Notes under the pieces: model-generated | What the model was told of the DNA's origin: nothing | The model's database searches: none | What the model saw: the letters and a program-made list of their open reading frames with translations, nothing else | Assembly (NCBI GenBank): GCA_013239625.1 | Contig: MU054391.1 | Coordinates: 9,147,095-9,211,094, forward strand | Direction of reading: 5' to 3' | DNA from: Lama guanicoe | Lineage: Eukaryota | Length of the DNA stretch: 64,000 nt | Position numbers and translations under genes: made by a program | In this document: positions 37,046-49,100 of the stretch, in pieces | Position numbering within the stretch: position 1 is the first letter of the stretch | How the letters are laid out: each line of letters opens with the position of its first letter

Positions 37046-38977
37046 AAGGGACTCACCCTCACCTTAAACACAAAGCTCCATCAAATACTCTACCTCCTTA
37101 TCATGCTTACATGCTGTATGTAGTCTACTCTTTAAAGAATCTCATTTATAATTCTACTTAAGCACTCTGATTTGCCATTGCAAATTAAACAGGAAATTTT
37201 GTAAAATCCACGAATGTCCCACTGATGTCGTCTTTTGCAGGCCCTGGGGACTCCGTCTCTGCCCACATGGTCTGAGGAACAGGGGGAGACAACGGTGGCT
37301 GGGAAGAAAGGCCCCGGAGTAGCTTTCGGACCCACTCTGAGATGGAGCATGGACCAGGCCCAGCGCAGTGGGACTCTGAAGGCGGGGGCACCAGAGGAGG
37401 CTCTGCAGTGTCCCACATGGGGGATGGATGAAGGACCAGAGCAGGGCGCCAAGGATGAGCAAGCCTGGGACACACCACCGAAAGCACACATACAGCAGTG
37501 GAGGCCCGAGCCCTAATGGACTGGGTGAGGAGGAAAGCCACAGAACTGAGGGGACCTTCAGAGGACAAAGGCAGAGCTGAGGAGGCTCTCAGACAAATCC
37601 TGGTCATAGAAGTCTACACTGTCCTCATAAAAGGAATGGCAAGTGCCTCTTTAAGAGAGTCCCCCACCCCGTCCTCAGTCTGCTCAGCAAGGCCAGGACT
37701 GGGGTAAGGCAGGAGACATGTCTAGGACAAGCACTTTCAGGAGAGACTCCCTCTCAGGGTCCCGCAAGTTCCTCTTTACATTCTGCACGCTAGGGGCCTG
37801 TCTCGCCTCTCTCTTGCCCAGCCTCATCTGGCGCGATGGAGATCGGACAGTCAGCCCACGTCATCTGGATCTTCTGCCACATCACGCACCCCAGGTGGCT
37901 TCTGATGTACCCTGGGCCAGACCAGAGATGAAGGACAGCCACACTCTGAATCCACAAGCTTATGATCTAATAAAGGATGAGATGCAATTAGCTTCACACT
38001 CAGGAGACCAGGACAAGTTCTCCAATCGCATGTGGGCATTACATGGGGAAGGACGAGCTCATGGGGTTTGGTGGAACTTTTTGTAGGATGTCACAGTTGG
38101 GAAGGCCACTGCAGGCTGAGTAAGAGCTGGACAGGTGAATGCTGGAAGCTGAAAGATTCCCAGCAGAAAGAGGAATATAAGCAAACATGGTGAAAAGACA
38201 GGGTACGAGGCAGAACCATGGACAAAGCCTGAATGAAAAGGTTTCAAGGCATTTTGTCCTTAGCCCGTGGAAGTCTGGGTGTCATCAAAGCCAACTCAGC
38301 TCTTCAAGCCTGACGTAGTTTCTGTCATTTTCTTTCTAATTAGTACAGAAGCGAAGCTCTCAAACTTTCATTTCACTCTGATGCCCGTGTTAATGACAGG
38401 ACCGGCTATTCACGGATATAAAAGGCGATCCTCTTCCACACGGACCACTGCTGCGGCGCCCAGGTTAATTCCTCCATCATATACTAAAGAAGAGTCTCCT
38501 CGTCCAGACCTAATGAGACTCTGCGAAGAAAGGCAACATGCATCATCAGCACACAGGCCAGGGATTAAATGCACTAATTAAAACGTAATGCCACCCAGGC
38601 TGCCCCGCTTCCAAAGATCGGCAATGCCAAGAAGTCAATGAGGCTGGAAGTTCAAGTTGGCAAGAGGAGCGAGCAGTGGGGCTCCCGGGAGGGAGGGAGG
38701 CCCCATGGAGCCGCGCCAAGCAGCCAGGCAGTTCCCACTTGGAGAAACGAAACACTTTCTGATGGCTGCATGTAACTCATAATAACGTAATTTTATTCTT
38801 AGAAGCAATTTCCACTACCAGCCCTGTTTATTATCACATTATTTTCTCAATAGCAGCAATAAACACACTAAACTCTCCCTGTTTGCTCACATTTTTATTA
38901 CTGTTCACAGTCGTCAGCAAAGGGTAAGCTGTGAAGGATGTGCTCATTAACAAGGAGACGTTGCACTGCGGGCACTC

Positions 38978-39435
38978 ACCTCCAGCCCCCAGCATCCCCG
39001 CTCTGCGGCCGGGGAGGCGGCAGGTTGGCCCAGGGGGCCAGGGAAGCCAGGAAGGGGCTGGGCGGAGGAGCCCAAGCCAATCAGATCCGAGGCTGACCAG
39101 CAAGGAACGTGTCCCAGTTTCTCCACTTGTGCTTTTGACCAAGTAGGAAAAGTGCAAATAACTATCATAAGCAAATGATCGAACACTCTGAAAAGAGTTT
39201 TTCAAACTGCAGGTCGTGGCCTTTCAGTGGGTTATGAAACAAATTGAATGGGTCAGGACCAGCATTTTAGAAGAACACAGAAAGTAGAGTGTATGTCAGT
39301 GGAGTATTCGTTATAGGCCCTGCGCACCGAAGCGTGGCGGTCCCTCCGCACAGCTGATGCCAACAATGTGCGCTAAACACAGCTGATGATTCAAGCCTGC
39401 CAGGAAGATGGCACCGCCATGAAACCGGAAGAACA
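38978..39435 (-). promoter_or_regulatory. Candidate promoter and short first exon
   Basis: Locally CpG/GC-rich; NF-Y box agccaatcag 39075-39084; GC box 39055-39067; YY1-like, ETS and E-box motifs; minus-strand donor GAG|GTGAGT at 38980/38979. Confidence 0.35.
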
Positions 39436-39439
39436 GTTT

Positions 39440-39830
39440 GGCTTGAGAGTGGGCGAGAACTGGGTTTGAATCCTGGTCCTCCCACTTAGGAGCTGGGTGA
39501 CCTGGGGCTTATCCTGTCTACCCCCAGCTCTGCCCTCGGACGAGGAGAATAAAACACCTGCTCCATCAGGGCCATTGTGAGAATGGGGTGGGCTGACATG
39601 CTAAGTGGAAAGAGCAGCGGTCCCGGCACCAGAACCCCCAGGTAGTCTGCTCCCCGTGTGATTCATTAACCCCGACAGAGCCGGGCGCTTTGTCTCTCGG
39701 CTTCAATCTCATCATCTATAACGTGTGGGTAATGGCATCTACCTCACAGGTCTGTTGTCAGGGAGGATTAATGAGATAAAAAGATGTGGATGTGCTTTGT
39801 GAATGGAAAAGTGCTCTCCGACATGAGGGC
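39440..39830 (+). mobile_element. MIR SINE fragments (two)
   Basis: ctgggtttgaatcctggtc...gtgacctgggg; ctcatcatctataacg...acctcacagg...aatgagataa. Confidence 0.7.
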
Positions 39831-41324
39831 TTGTTATTTCTATTTTTATCTGACCCTGTGTAGGAGACCAACACCAGCAGTTCCACCCCGGAAGCTACTG
39901 GGAGCTAGAAGTCTGCGTGTAGCCCAGGGCCCGCTAACATGGGAGTGTGGCAAGACTGCCGGCCTCGGACGGAGAACCAGAAGCTGGGAAACCCTCCCTC
40001 AGCCCTTCTCTCTCCTATAAAGACTTCAAGGAGTCTTCAAGGCATTTCTATCAAGCAGGGGGAAGAGGTCTTTCCAAAGGAGACAGAGTGGAAGGTAGAC
40101 AGACAGCCCTATGGCCTTACTTTAAATGCATCAGGTTATCCACTTACAGATTATTCTCTCTGCTGACTGCAGCCTTTTAAAAATATTCCAGTCTGGCTTC
40201 AACATAGCCATAGGACAACAGTTCCCAAGCCTTGCTGAGTACCAAGTTCATCTACAGGACTGTTTACAAAGCAAGATTCCCAGGCCACTCCATGCCGAAT
40301 TTGTGTTGGAGGTAACCTTTCTCAACGGCTGTGCGGGTGACTATGGTAACACACCCAGTTTCCAAGCCTTTGCCTGGGGAAGGGAGACAGTGCAGCCACC
40401 CTGAGGCTTAGATTAGTCCTCCTGGAGACAGAGGACACTTCCTTGCAAGGTGGTTCTCACACTCCGATACGCTGAAGAGGCCCCCCAGTGGACTTTCACA
40501 TCGACAGTCTCCTGAGCCTCGCCCCCAGAGATTCCATCGAGTCGGGGCCAAGACTTCTGCGGGGCTGGTAAGTTTCCCCAGGTGCTTCTGGGGCAGCAGA
40601 AACAGAAACCAGACCTTGGAAAACCACAGAACATAACTGGCAAATCAGTTGACCTCTCTGAGCCTGCCTCATCAGCTCCAAACTAGGGTCGTGCTAGCTC
40701 CTGTACGTCTCCTTCACAGGGTCGTTGTGGGGCTGAATGAGAATGGTAAGGTGTGAGCTGTAAATAGCTGTGAGGGGTGCTTAGCGTGGTTGACCAGATA
40801 GCTGTGTAACTCAGCAGAAAAATCATCAGGGCGAAAACCACAGTTGATTTCCAGCTGATCCCCCAACCAAATCCTTTAGAGACAAAGAGTCACAATTGCC
40901 TTGGAAACCAAACAAGAGAATGGAAAGACCAAGCCAAGTTCATTTAGTTTCTCACTCATTCAGCTGCCTGATTCTCACCGAATTAGCCTGATTTCTTTCA
41001 GTTTCAGACCTACGGGGCAGTGCTTATTTTCAAGGGCAGGATAAGACAGTATATTGAAAGCCTGTATGAAGGATTGTATAAATTGAACACATTTCATATG
41101 TGCAAGCTGTTACTGGTAAATACATGAGAGCTGAGGAATCAAGTCTTCAGGGACCATGTTTGGATAAAACTGGGTCCCAACAAATACCAGAATACCAGAG
41201 CTGGAAGGCACCTAAAAGGCTTTTATGCACAAGAAAACCAAGACCCAGAGAAGGTAACTCCATCGGGGATTACAAAATCCACCTCATGTCCCTTTCAGGT
41301 CACTGGTCTTCTCACTCCAGTAAG

Positions 41325-41800
41325 CCTTGATAGTAAACATTTACTGCCTGTCCACCATATCGTTTTGAGTGTGCACTTGGGAGTCAAGGATGGCTGAGAT
41401 ATAGTCCTTGTCTTAAAAGACCTTCTAGTCTAAATACACAGGTAAGAAAAATAAATCCAGTGGTAACAATCCAAGGTACCTCAGGCAACTCACAAATCAG
41501 AGCAGAACGGGTACGTGCTAGCGATGCGCAGTGGGCCAGGGCAAGTCACCGCTGGCTGGACTTTGACATGTACACCTGGGCTTGGGAGGCATGCCAGCCA
41601 GGCAGAAACCACCAAGGGCTGCTGGGGGATAAAGAAAGAAAACAGATCTCCAAAAGTTGGAACACATAACAGGAGGGATGTTTGGTGAGAAGGCTGGGTT
41701 AGTGATAAGAAGCCTTAAACACTAGTCTGAAGAATTTAGATTGCATGGGGAGCAACTGAAGGTTTTTGAGCAAGAAAGCAACCCAATATTATAGAATCGT
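41325..41800 (-). mobile_element. L2 fragments
   Basis: aaacatttactg...atagtccttgtctt...ctagtct; ggggagcaactgaaggtttttgagcaag. Confidence 0.55.
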
Positions 41801-41825
41801 GAAATGAGAGCGCAGAGGAATCTCA

Positions 41826-41982
41826 GCAGCACTTCTCTAGCTTTGTAGTAGATTGAATCACCTGAGTTTCTTGCAGATTCTGATTCAGCAGGTCTGGAGT
41901 GGTACTTGAAATTCTGCATTTCTCACCATATCACAAGCTATGTGATGCTGCTGGTCAGTGGACCACATTTTGAATATCAAGC
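41826..41982. mobile_element. MER5A MITE
   Basis: gaatcacctg...gcagattctgattcagcaggtctgg...attctgcatttct...gatgctgctggtc...ggaccacattttga. Confidence 0.85.
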
Positions 41983-41983
41983 T

Positions 41984-42160
41984 CAGTGGATTTCAACTCT
42001 GGCCACATATTAGCATCACCTAGAGAGCTTACAGAAACTGCTGGTACCTATGCCCTACCCCCAAAACCAATAAAAACAAAATAGTTGGGGAAATGTAGAC
42101 ACTGATCATTTTAAATGTCCTTCACTGATTCAATCCAGTGTGCAACCAGAGCTGAGATCT
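41984..42160. mobile_element. MER5B-like MITE
   Basis: cagtggatttcaactctggccacatattagcatcacctagagagctt. Confidence 0.7.
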
Positions 42161-42989
42161 CAATTCCAGAGCAACCTCCCCTCGCTGCAGGAGAAAGAGA
42201 GCCAGAGAAAGAAAGTGATCTGCACAAGGTCACTCATTTCATAGAAGAGACTGAAAGAGGGCCAGGTCCCATGTTTCTCAGTCAGAGCCTTCCCAACCTA
42301 TCATACAGCCTCTTTTGAGCAGCAATCTCTAAAAAGTGGCTCAGAAAATGGCAGGAAGCTGGAAATATTATTTGGGGTATTTTTCTGGCAATGGTTTTTG
42401 GTGGCTTCTGTGAGGTTATTCTCACAGACTGGCTTTTAATCTTTTTGATGAACAAGTGGAGAGAGGCCCCTATGAACTCCCCTTCCCGTCTGGCAGCTGC
42501 ATGATCCTGTAACAGAGTGTGTAGGAAGTTTAATAAGAAAAACTGGCAATGTGTTACAATTATGCTTGGCTGGCTAGAAATTGAATTCCACAAGTGCAAA
42601 TAATTTAAAATGCAAAGAAGTTGGTGGCTGGAGTTTTCACTTCGGAAAAATAAAAGTGAAATATGTCCATTTGATTTTTCTTCTCATTCCCCAGAGGCAG
42701 CATGGCCCTGGGGAAAGCACTGGCCTGGGGCTCTACTTGTGGTTTCAAACTCATTATGTGACCTTGGGCTGGTAACTGCAGTTTTGAGCCTCAGTTTTCT
42801 CATCAGTGAAACTAAAGGAGTGGTAAATTAGATGATCCCTAACCCTTCTACCCAGAAGTGCTACAGTAAAATATAATTCAATGAGGAGGAAAGGAGACAA
42901 CAAATTAAAAAAAAAAAAAGATCTAGCACAGTAATGACTTAAACAGTGAGCAGAAAAGACAATGAGAGAGAGAAACTTCCATTCTGGCA

Positions 42990-43220
42990 GGGAGACGCTG
43001 CTGGTTGCTCTCCCAAAACCCAAGTCCTCTTTCTTCCTTCTGATCAGAACTGCAGTTATGCTTGAGGGAGGAAGAACAGGCCAAGATAAAAACTGCACTT
43101 CCCAGATTCTCTTGCGGCTAAGCTTGACCATGTGACACAATTTTGTCCAGTGAGACACAAGCAGAAGCAGGCGGAAAATTTCTGGGAAAGTTTTGCTTTC
43201 CTAATTTTGATGCTCTCTCT
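42990..43220 (+). mobile_element. Old MaLR LTR 5' fragment (MLT1J-like)
   Basis: actgcacttcccagattctcttgc...ccatgtgacacaatttt. Confidence 0.6.
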
Positions 43221-43471
43221 TCCTCCGTTTTATTTCTTACTTCTTCTTCCTGAATAAGACATATCTATAACTTTGCAATCCATGGTATCTACAAATGCTT
43301 TCAAATAGTTATTTCCAATGTATATAAACACTAGTAAACATACAACTAAATCATTACGAGAAGACCACTGTGACACTGCTGTACTGTCATCCTCCCTCAA
43401 AATCTCCAAGCCAACTAATTCCCCAAGAATCACAAGCTCAAATGATCAGTTTGTTGAAGTATTGATTTACT

Positions 43472-43636
43472 AAAAAAAAAAAAAAAGAGAGAGAGATTTC
43501 TATTAATAAATTATAAAATTTTTTGTTTTTTTTTTTTTTTAAAAATTAATTTTTATTTTTTTTTTTTTTTAAAAATTAATTTTTAAAAAAAAAAAAAAAA
43601 AAGAGAGAGAGATTTCTATTAATCAATTATAAAATT
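43472..43636. repeat. Complex AT-rich duplication containing a 44-bp perfect palindrome
   Basis: Direct repeats 43472-43520 and 43585-43636; palindrome T15-AAAAATTAATTTTT-A15 at 43556-43599. Confidence 0.85.
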
Positions 43637-45699
43637 CCTAGTGGTTCTGGTTTCTTTGAGGATAGTTAACATACAGTATGGTTTTGGTTTGTAATTTTTC
43701 ATATTTTGAATTTCACCTGTCAAGCAGGTCACAAATGTTAAATATTTTATATTTATCAATGATAGGATAGGTTTCTTTCACTCAGTATATTTCCAATCCA
43801 GGTTACTGCCTTTTCTACTTAGTTGATTCACTGACTTGCTTTCATGATTGAGAGAAAAGAGGTGGTACCACTTGAATTGTGCACCAAGATTGGGAATATT
43901 TCACTCATTTATCTGTATATATCACACATCCACCAAGTCAATACACACACATACACACTTACACAAACATACACACTCTAGCCCATATCCACAGACCTGA
44001 CTTGCTTAGTCAGGCTGATAGACACATATTATGACACCTTAGACTATGTGTAAGAAATAGCCCATAATTTGCCTATAAAGCAGTAAGCATTTTGGAAGAG
44101 ATCTGTGTATCTGAAATGAGAAATACATCTTTATTTTTACCTGTGCTATGAAATATATAGATTCTGTCTGAAAATTCATATCGAGAGTGGGTAACTCAAT
44201 TACTCTTTATTTTTTAATGATACAGAAATTATAATTACCCATGGGAGATAGTGATGGAGACCCGATAGAATCAGATCTCAAGTGAGGGTCATTTGAGATG
44301 AGAAATACAGTGTTGTTTTACTCCATATAGGGGCTGAGTTGCAAGGGCTATCCGAGAATAAAGAAGAGCCTCTGTGTCTGCATGGGCATGTATGTGCCTG
44401 AGTGATGTATGCAAAATGTAGTGTGTGAAAATGTTTATACAAAATCCTTCCCACACACAAAATTCAGGTTTACTCTGTACAAATCCTTCATTTTTCTCCT
44501 GCTCAAGAAGTAAATTCATGAGCTGAAGGGAGTTGGAAAGGCCGAAGACTGGATTTAACATGAACTTGGAGAGACAGTTCATACATTCATTGATATCCTT
44601 GACGTTCATGCTATTAACATAGTGAAATTCAAAACTTACAAAATATAATGTAAAAATGCACAGAATATTAGGCCAGCCTCAGTGAAACACAAATAATTGC
44701 TCTACACTAAGTGGTTAATAAAAAAGTTGTTGCTTTTTTTTTTTGGTTAATTAAGTATTAAGTAAAAGGGTCCTTTAGCAAATTGTTCTATTGGTCCTTT
44801 GCTATTAAATTCTGTAGAATTGGAGTTGGGCCAATTCCAACGTAAACTAGCTAACTGTTCAGTAAAGTAGTCTGTGGTTGATGGTCAGTGAATTCACCTA
44901 GGGCTTCCCATATCTTGCAATTACCATTATTAACAAGTTACTTTAAAGCATTATAGGCATTCTCGATTATAACGATGGCATTATTTTTTAAACGATTGTT
45001 CATTAATAAAAAATAATTCCATTGTTTGATATGTCTGGTGTTCAGGCTTCCAGCTAACTGATATTATATTATTATCTTAATATTAGCTTAACAATTCTCC
45101 TAAGTTATGTTAAAAAACCCTTAACTAGAAAAAAAAAAACTCTCTTTTTCATGGTTTGGACCCTGAAGGCAACTTCTGTGTTGCGCACCATTCTTGCCCC
45201 ACATAACCTGCACTGGAATTGTGATTTCTCTTTAAGAGGCACTTGATAACAGTAGAAAGAATTTTGTTTCTATTGGTAATTGTCTCAAGTCCTCACTTTA
45301 ATGTAGAGCTGTCATCAAGGACATTTTACGTATTTCAGAGAGACATTAGAGGCTTCTGTCTCTTTCCGAGTAAGCTGACATTGTGTTCTGCCTCTGGGCA
45401 TGTGTGGGTGTGTGTGTCTGTGCACACACCTGTGTGTATGTGGGAGCATGCAAAGTAAATCCCATCCTCTCGGATGGGAAAAGTCACATCATAGTTGCTT
45501 CCAAACTGAAAACGAACCTCTCGATGGTCAAAACCCAAGTCCCTCTCACTTCCTGCATTCCTGTTAGCCCTCTCCCTGCTGTAGCAGCTCCATGGGTTCT
45601 GTTTAAACATTTTACACCCCCTTCCTTCTGGCTACACCATGATGTAAATGTTAGGGAGGAGGTGACCACAAGTCATCAGTCATCTCTTCATTTACCCTC

Positions 45700-46130
45700 C
45701 AGTATTTCAGCTCCCTCATGGGACTCTAAGTCTTACTCCTTTACAGTTCTCAGGGTTCATCTTCCTAAATTTAAAATCCAAATTCATTACCATTTTGCTT
45801 AAAAAGTCTTTGATGGACTCCCCATCTCCTACAGGATGGAAGGCAGCCTCCTTTCGATGGCAGACCAAGGTCTGCGTAGGCTGACCTTTGTACCCTGTGA
45901 GGCCTCACCTCCGAGCATCATGTGAATTGACTGTGTTCCTCGCTTGCTTGCTGCTCCCTCTGTGCCCTTGTCCTAGGGAGTCCCTATCCCTGATGTGGCC
46001 GTTCCCATTCCTACAGGACGCCTCCTCACTTTTCAGATTCCTTTAAGCAAGGCACCTCCCCAGTGGAACGTCCCAAAGCAGAGTCTGGTATTCTTGACTT
46101 CATCCTCCAATCTACGTGTTTGTGTCGTGA
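45700..46130 (+). mobile_element. L2 fragment
   Basis: ttgcttaaaaagtctttgatggactcccc...cctacaggatg. Confidence 0.5.
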
Positions 46131-49100
46131 TCAAGAGCCCTGTCTGTACTGGAACTCCAGCTGCACAAACTGTATGACCTTATGCATCTTACTTAACCTC
46201 TCTAAGCCTCTAGGTTGTGGTCTAAAATGAGGATCACAGTGGTACCCACCGCGGTCTGCTGTAAAATGAATGATCATACGTATCCTTGAACACGTTTTCC
46301 CCAGGATGTTAGGCTGAATCAGTCACCAGCTCAACAGCGTTTAACCCAGATCATAACACATGGTGGCTTATAGGTTAACATATCTAGTTGCTATAGAGTT
46401 TTAGATGAAAAATTATATCCAAGAAGCCATCATAATCTGCCACCTAATAGGCACAGACTTACCCGTCCCCACTGTGGTCACGTTTGCCCCTGGGTTGCGT
46501 AATGCTTAGCAGACCACGCGGATGCTCCCTTGAAGCTTAGGAAGCTTCTGCCATGATGAGGCTTGCCTGTGTCTGGGCAGATCTAGGTGTGGCCGCTGTG
46601 GGGCTCTGACATGCACATGGGCCACCAGTAGTACCGTTGTAACTGGGGAAGTCCATACATCCATGCCAGGGTCTCCTCCTAGGGGCAGGAGTGTGAGCCT
46701 TAGATATGCCATGTCTTTAGGGTTTCCAGAAGCCTCCACCAAACTTATCCAGGACAGTGGCAGGTCCAGATGCAAACCCAGCTCTTACAATTAGCCTATT
46801 CACAGGCTCCACTGTACATGGTCTCTTTGTACCCCCATTCGTCTTTAAAATTTTGCTTTACCCAGTGTTGGGCATAATGGTGCCCTGTAAATGCTAACCA
46901 TTAATATTATTGTGGACTGCAAGCTCCTTGAAAGCAGAAATCATCTTTTTTGTTTCATCTTTTTATTCTGGTACAGTGCTTAACACAATACCCAGAAAGA
47001 CTTCAATTAATACTGCTTGAGTTAATAAATCATGGTTATAATTAGCAACAGGAATTTGTAACACACAGAGGACTTGCATATTCATGTCCTTAATTATCCT
47101 CAAAATGATGCTATTACATAATTTGCATTATTTTCTGCTGAAGACCCTGCGACTGGGAAGGAATACTAATGAGAGCCCAGACTTAAATACAAGTGTTGTT
47201 CTGCTTTGCTTTTTCTTTGCTGTTGTCACTTTGAATTTAAACCTGAGAGCCAGTTCGCTAGACAATGATTTATTTAATTAATTAAGTAATTTTAACATGG
47301 CAGTGTTATTCAGATATATGTGCCGCCCAGAGAAAAGCTTTGGATTTTTTTTTTCCCCTCGCAGGCAACAAAATTGGGCTTTTCATCAACCTTGGAAAAC
47401 CCCACATAACCATGATTCAGAGTTACCACTCGTCCATAAGCTGTGCTGGAAAGAAAGTGAAACATAGCAGTCGTTGTCTGCAAAAATCACTCCGATCAAG
47501 TGCAACGCGCGTAATCTCCGCAGAACTTCTGGAGGAACATACGTAATTGAACAGATAGTTTCCAAGAACATTCAACGTTGTAACATCCCCAGCATTTAAT
47601 ATATAGAAGTATGTTATTCCTTTAGTAAATCCTGACTCTATTAAAGTTTCAGATGATGAAGGGATACTGTGAAAGCATCCCTGAATGCCCCTTGTCATTT
47701 TTACTACTTACCCACTCAAAGAAGTTCCAGTCAAGTTATTATTTTGCAGTTAAAATATCCTCGAATACTAAAGGTTCCAGAAGCCCGTGCCTCATTCTCA
47801 AGAACATTCTCATAATTTAGACACAAGCTCTTTATTAAAATATAAAGGTGCCAAATGTATCAGCCTCATAAAAACCTTCCCCTTTCTGCTCCCTGTGTGT
47901 CTGACTTGCTACAGTCCTCTCCGTCTACACAACCATCGATGCTGCTTTACATCACGGAGCCACGTAGATGGCAACTTGGATGATTTAAATATGTTTAAAG
48001 CCTCTCTTTAAAGAAGTTAGAAATGCATCCTTCTTTGTATCAAACTGGTGACCTTCTAAGAAGGAAAAGAAGGGCAGCCCGCTCCCTTCACTCTACCGTG
48101 TGGTTCAGAAAGAGAGCAAGAAAGACCACTGCATAGAATGAAAGGGGGGGATTCCAGAGCTTCCTCTGGGTAAGGACTTTTTTCCTCCCCATTAGCATCT
48201 TAACAGCCTATGGATTAGAGATCATTGAAATGCACAGTGGTAAGGTCAAGTCAAAACTGCCAATAAAGGGGACAGACAACTTGATGAGAAGTTACGTGGC
48301 TGTCCTCAGCAGTGGGTGGGGAAGGCAGTCACTGCTCACATCTCTCCCACCAGACACACTCCAGGACCCTTAGATAAAGTTTCTTAAGCTCTTTTGGAGG
48401 GAGAGTTGCTCGTGTTAAATTCAAGATGGCTCATTAAATGAGACAATGTATGTAAAATTATTTTATTATTTTAAAAGTTTTTTTTTTAATTTTAACCTCA
48501 GGTGGAGAGGGTCATCCGTGTTCTTTGTAAATGACAGACTATTATATGAATTAAGGTGAAAGTCTTATTATAAGGGGAAAAGTGTTTCTGCTCCCCACTG
48601 CTCGAGGGGTTGCTACAGATGGGGAAATGTATCTTTATACCAATCCCTGCCCCTCCCAAAGGCTGGTGTGAGGAAGGAAGAAGTCCGAACCCTGGGTTTG
48701 GTCTGGTCCAAGAAAATGATGAAACTAGACATTGAAAGCACGCTCCTGGCCTTTGCTGAGCTAATGGGGAGTGACTGGAGATAATGGGAGGTCTTGGAAT
48801 GGCACTGTGATGAGCCCCCTTTCATACGTGTAAGTGGGCTCCTTGCCATGGGCTAATACACCACAGGGAAAGGGAGAAGGAGAGAAAGGAAGGGAAACTG
48901 CTCCACAATGTAAAACACCACCCTCCTTGGGACCAGGAAGAAACCCTTGTAGACTGTGTGTATGTACTTTAGGAGATACATTCTTATACAGATGAATACT
49001 CTTATACAGACGTGGGGATGTGGGTTGTATTTGTCTTGGAGAGCTCTTCTCTGCCCTGGGAACCATGTGTGCACCTGTGTGGGTGGGGTTGGGGTTGGGT

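Noticed and set aside
44690..45125. Mitochondrial rRNA insertion (NUMT)
   Set aside because: Only compositional resemblance; I could not align any conserved 12S/16S block
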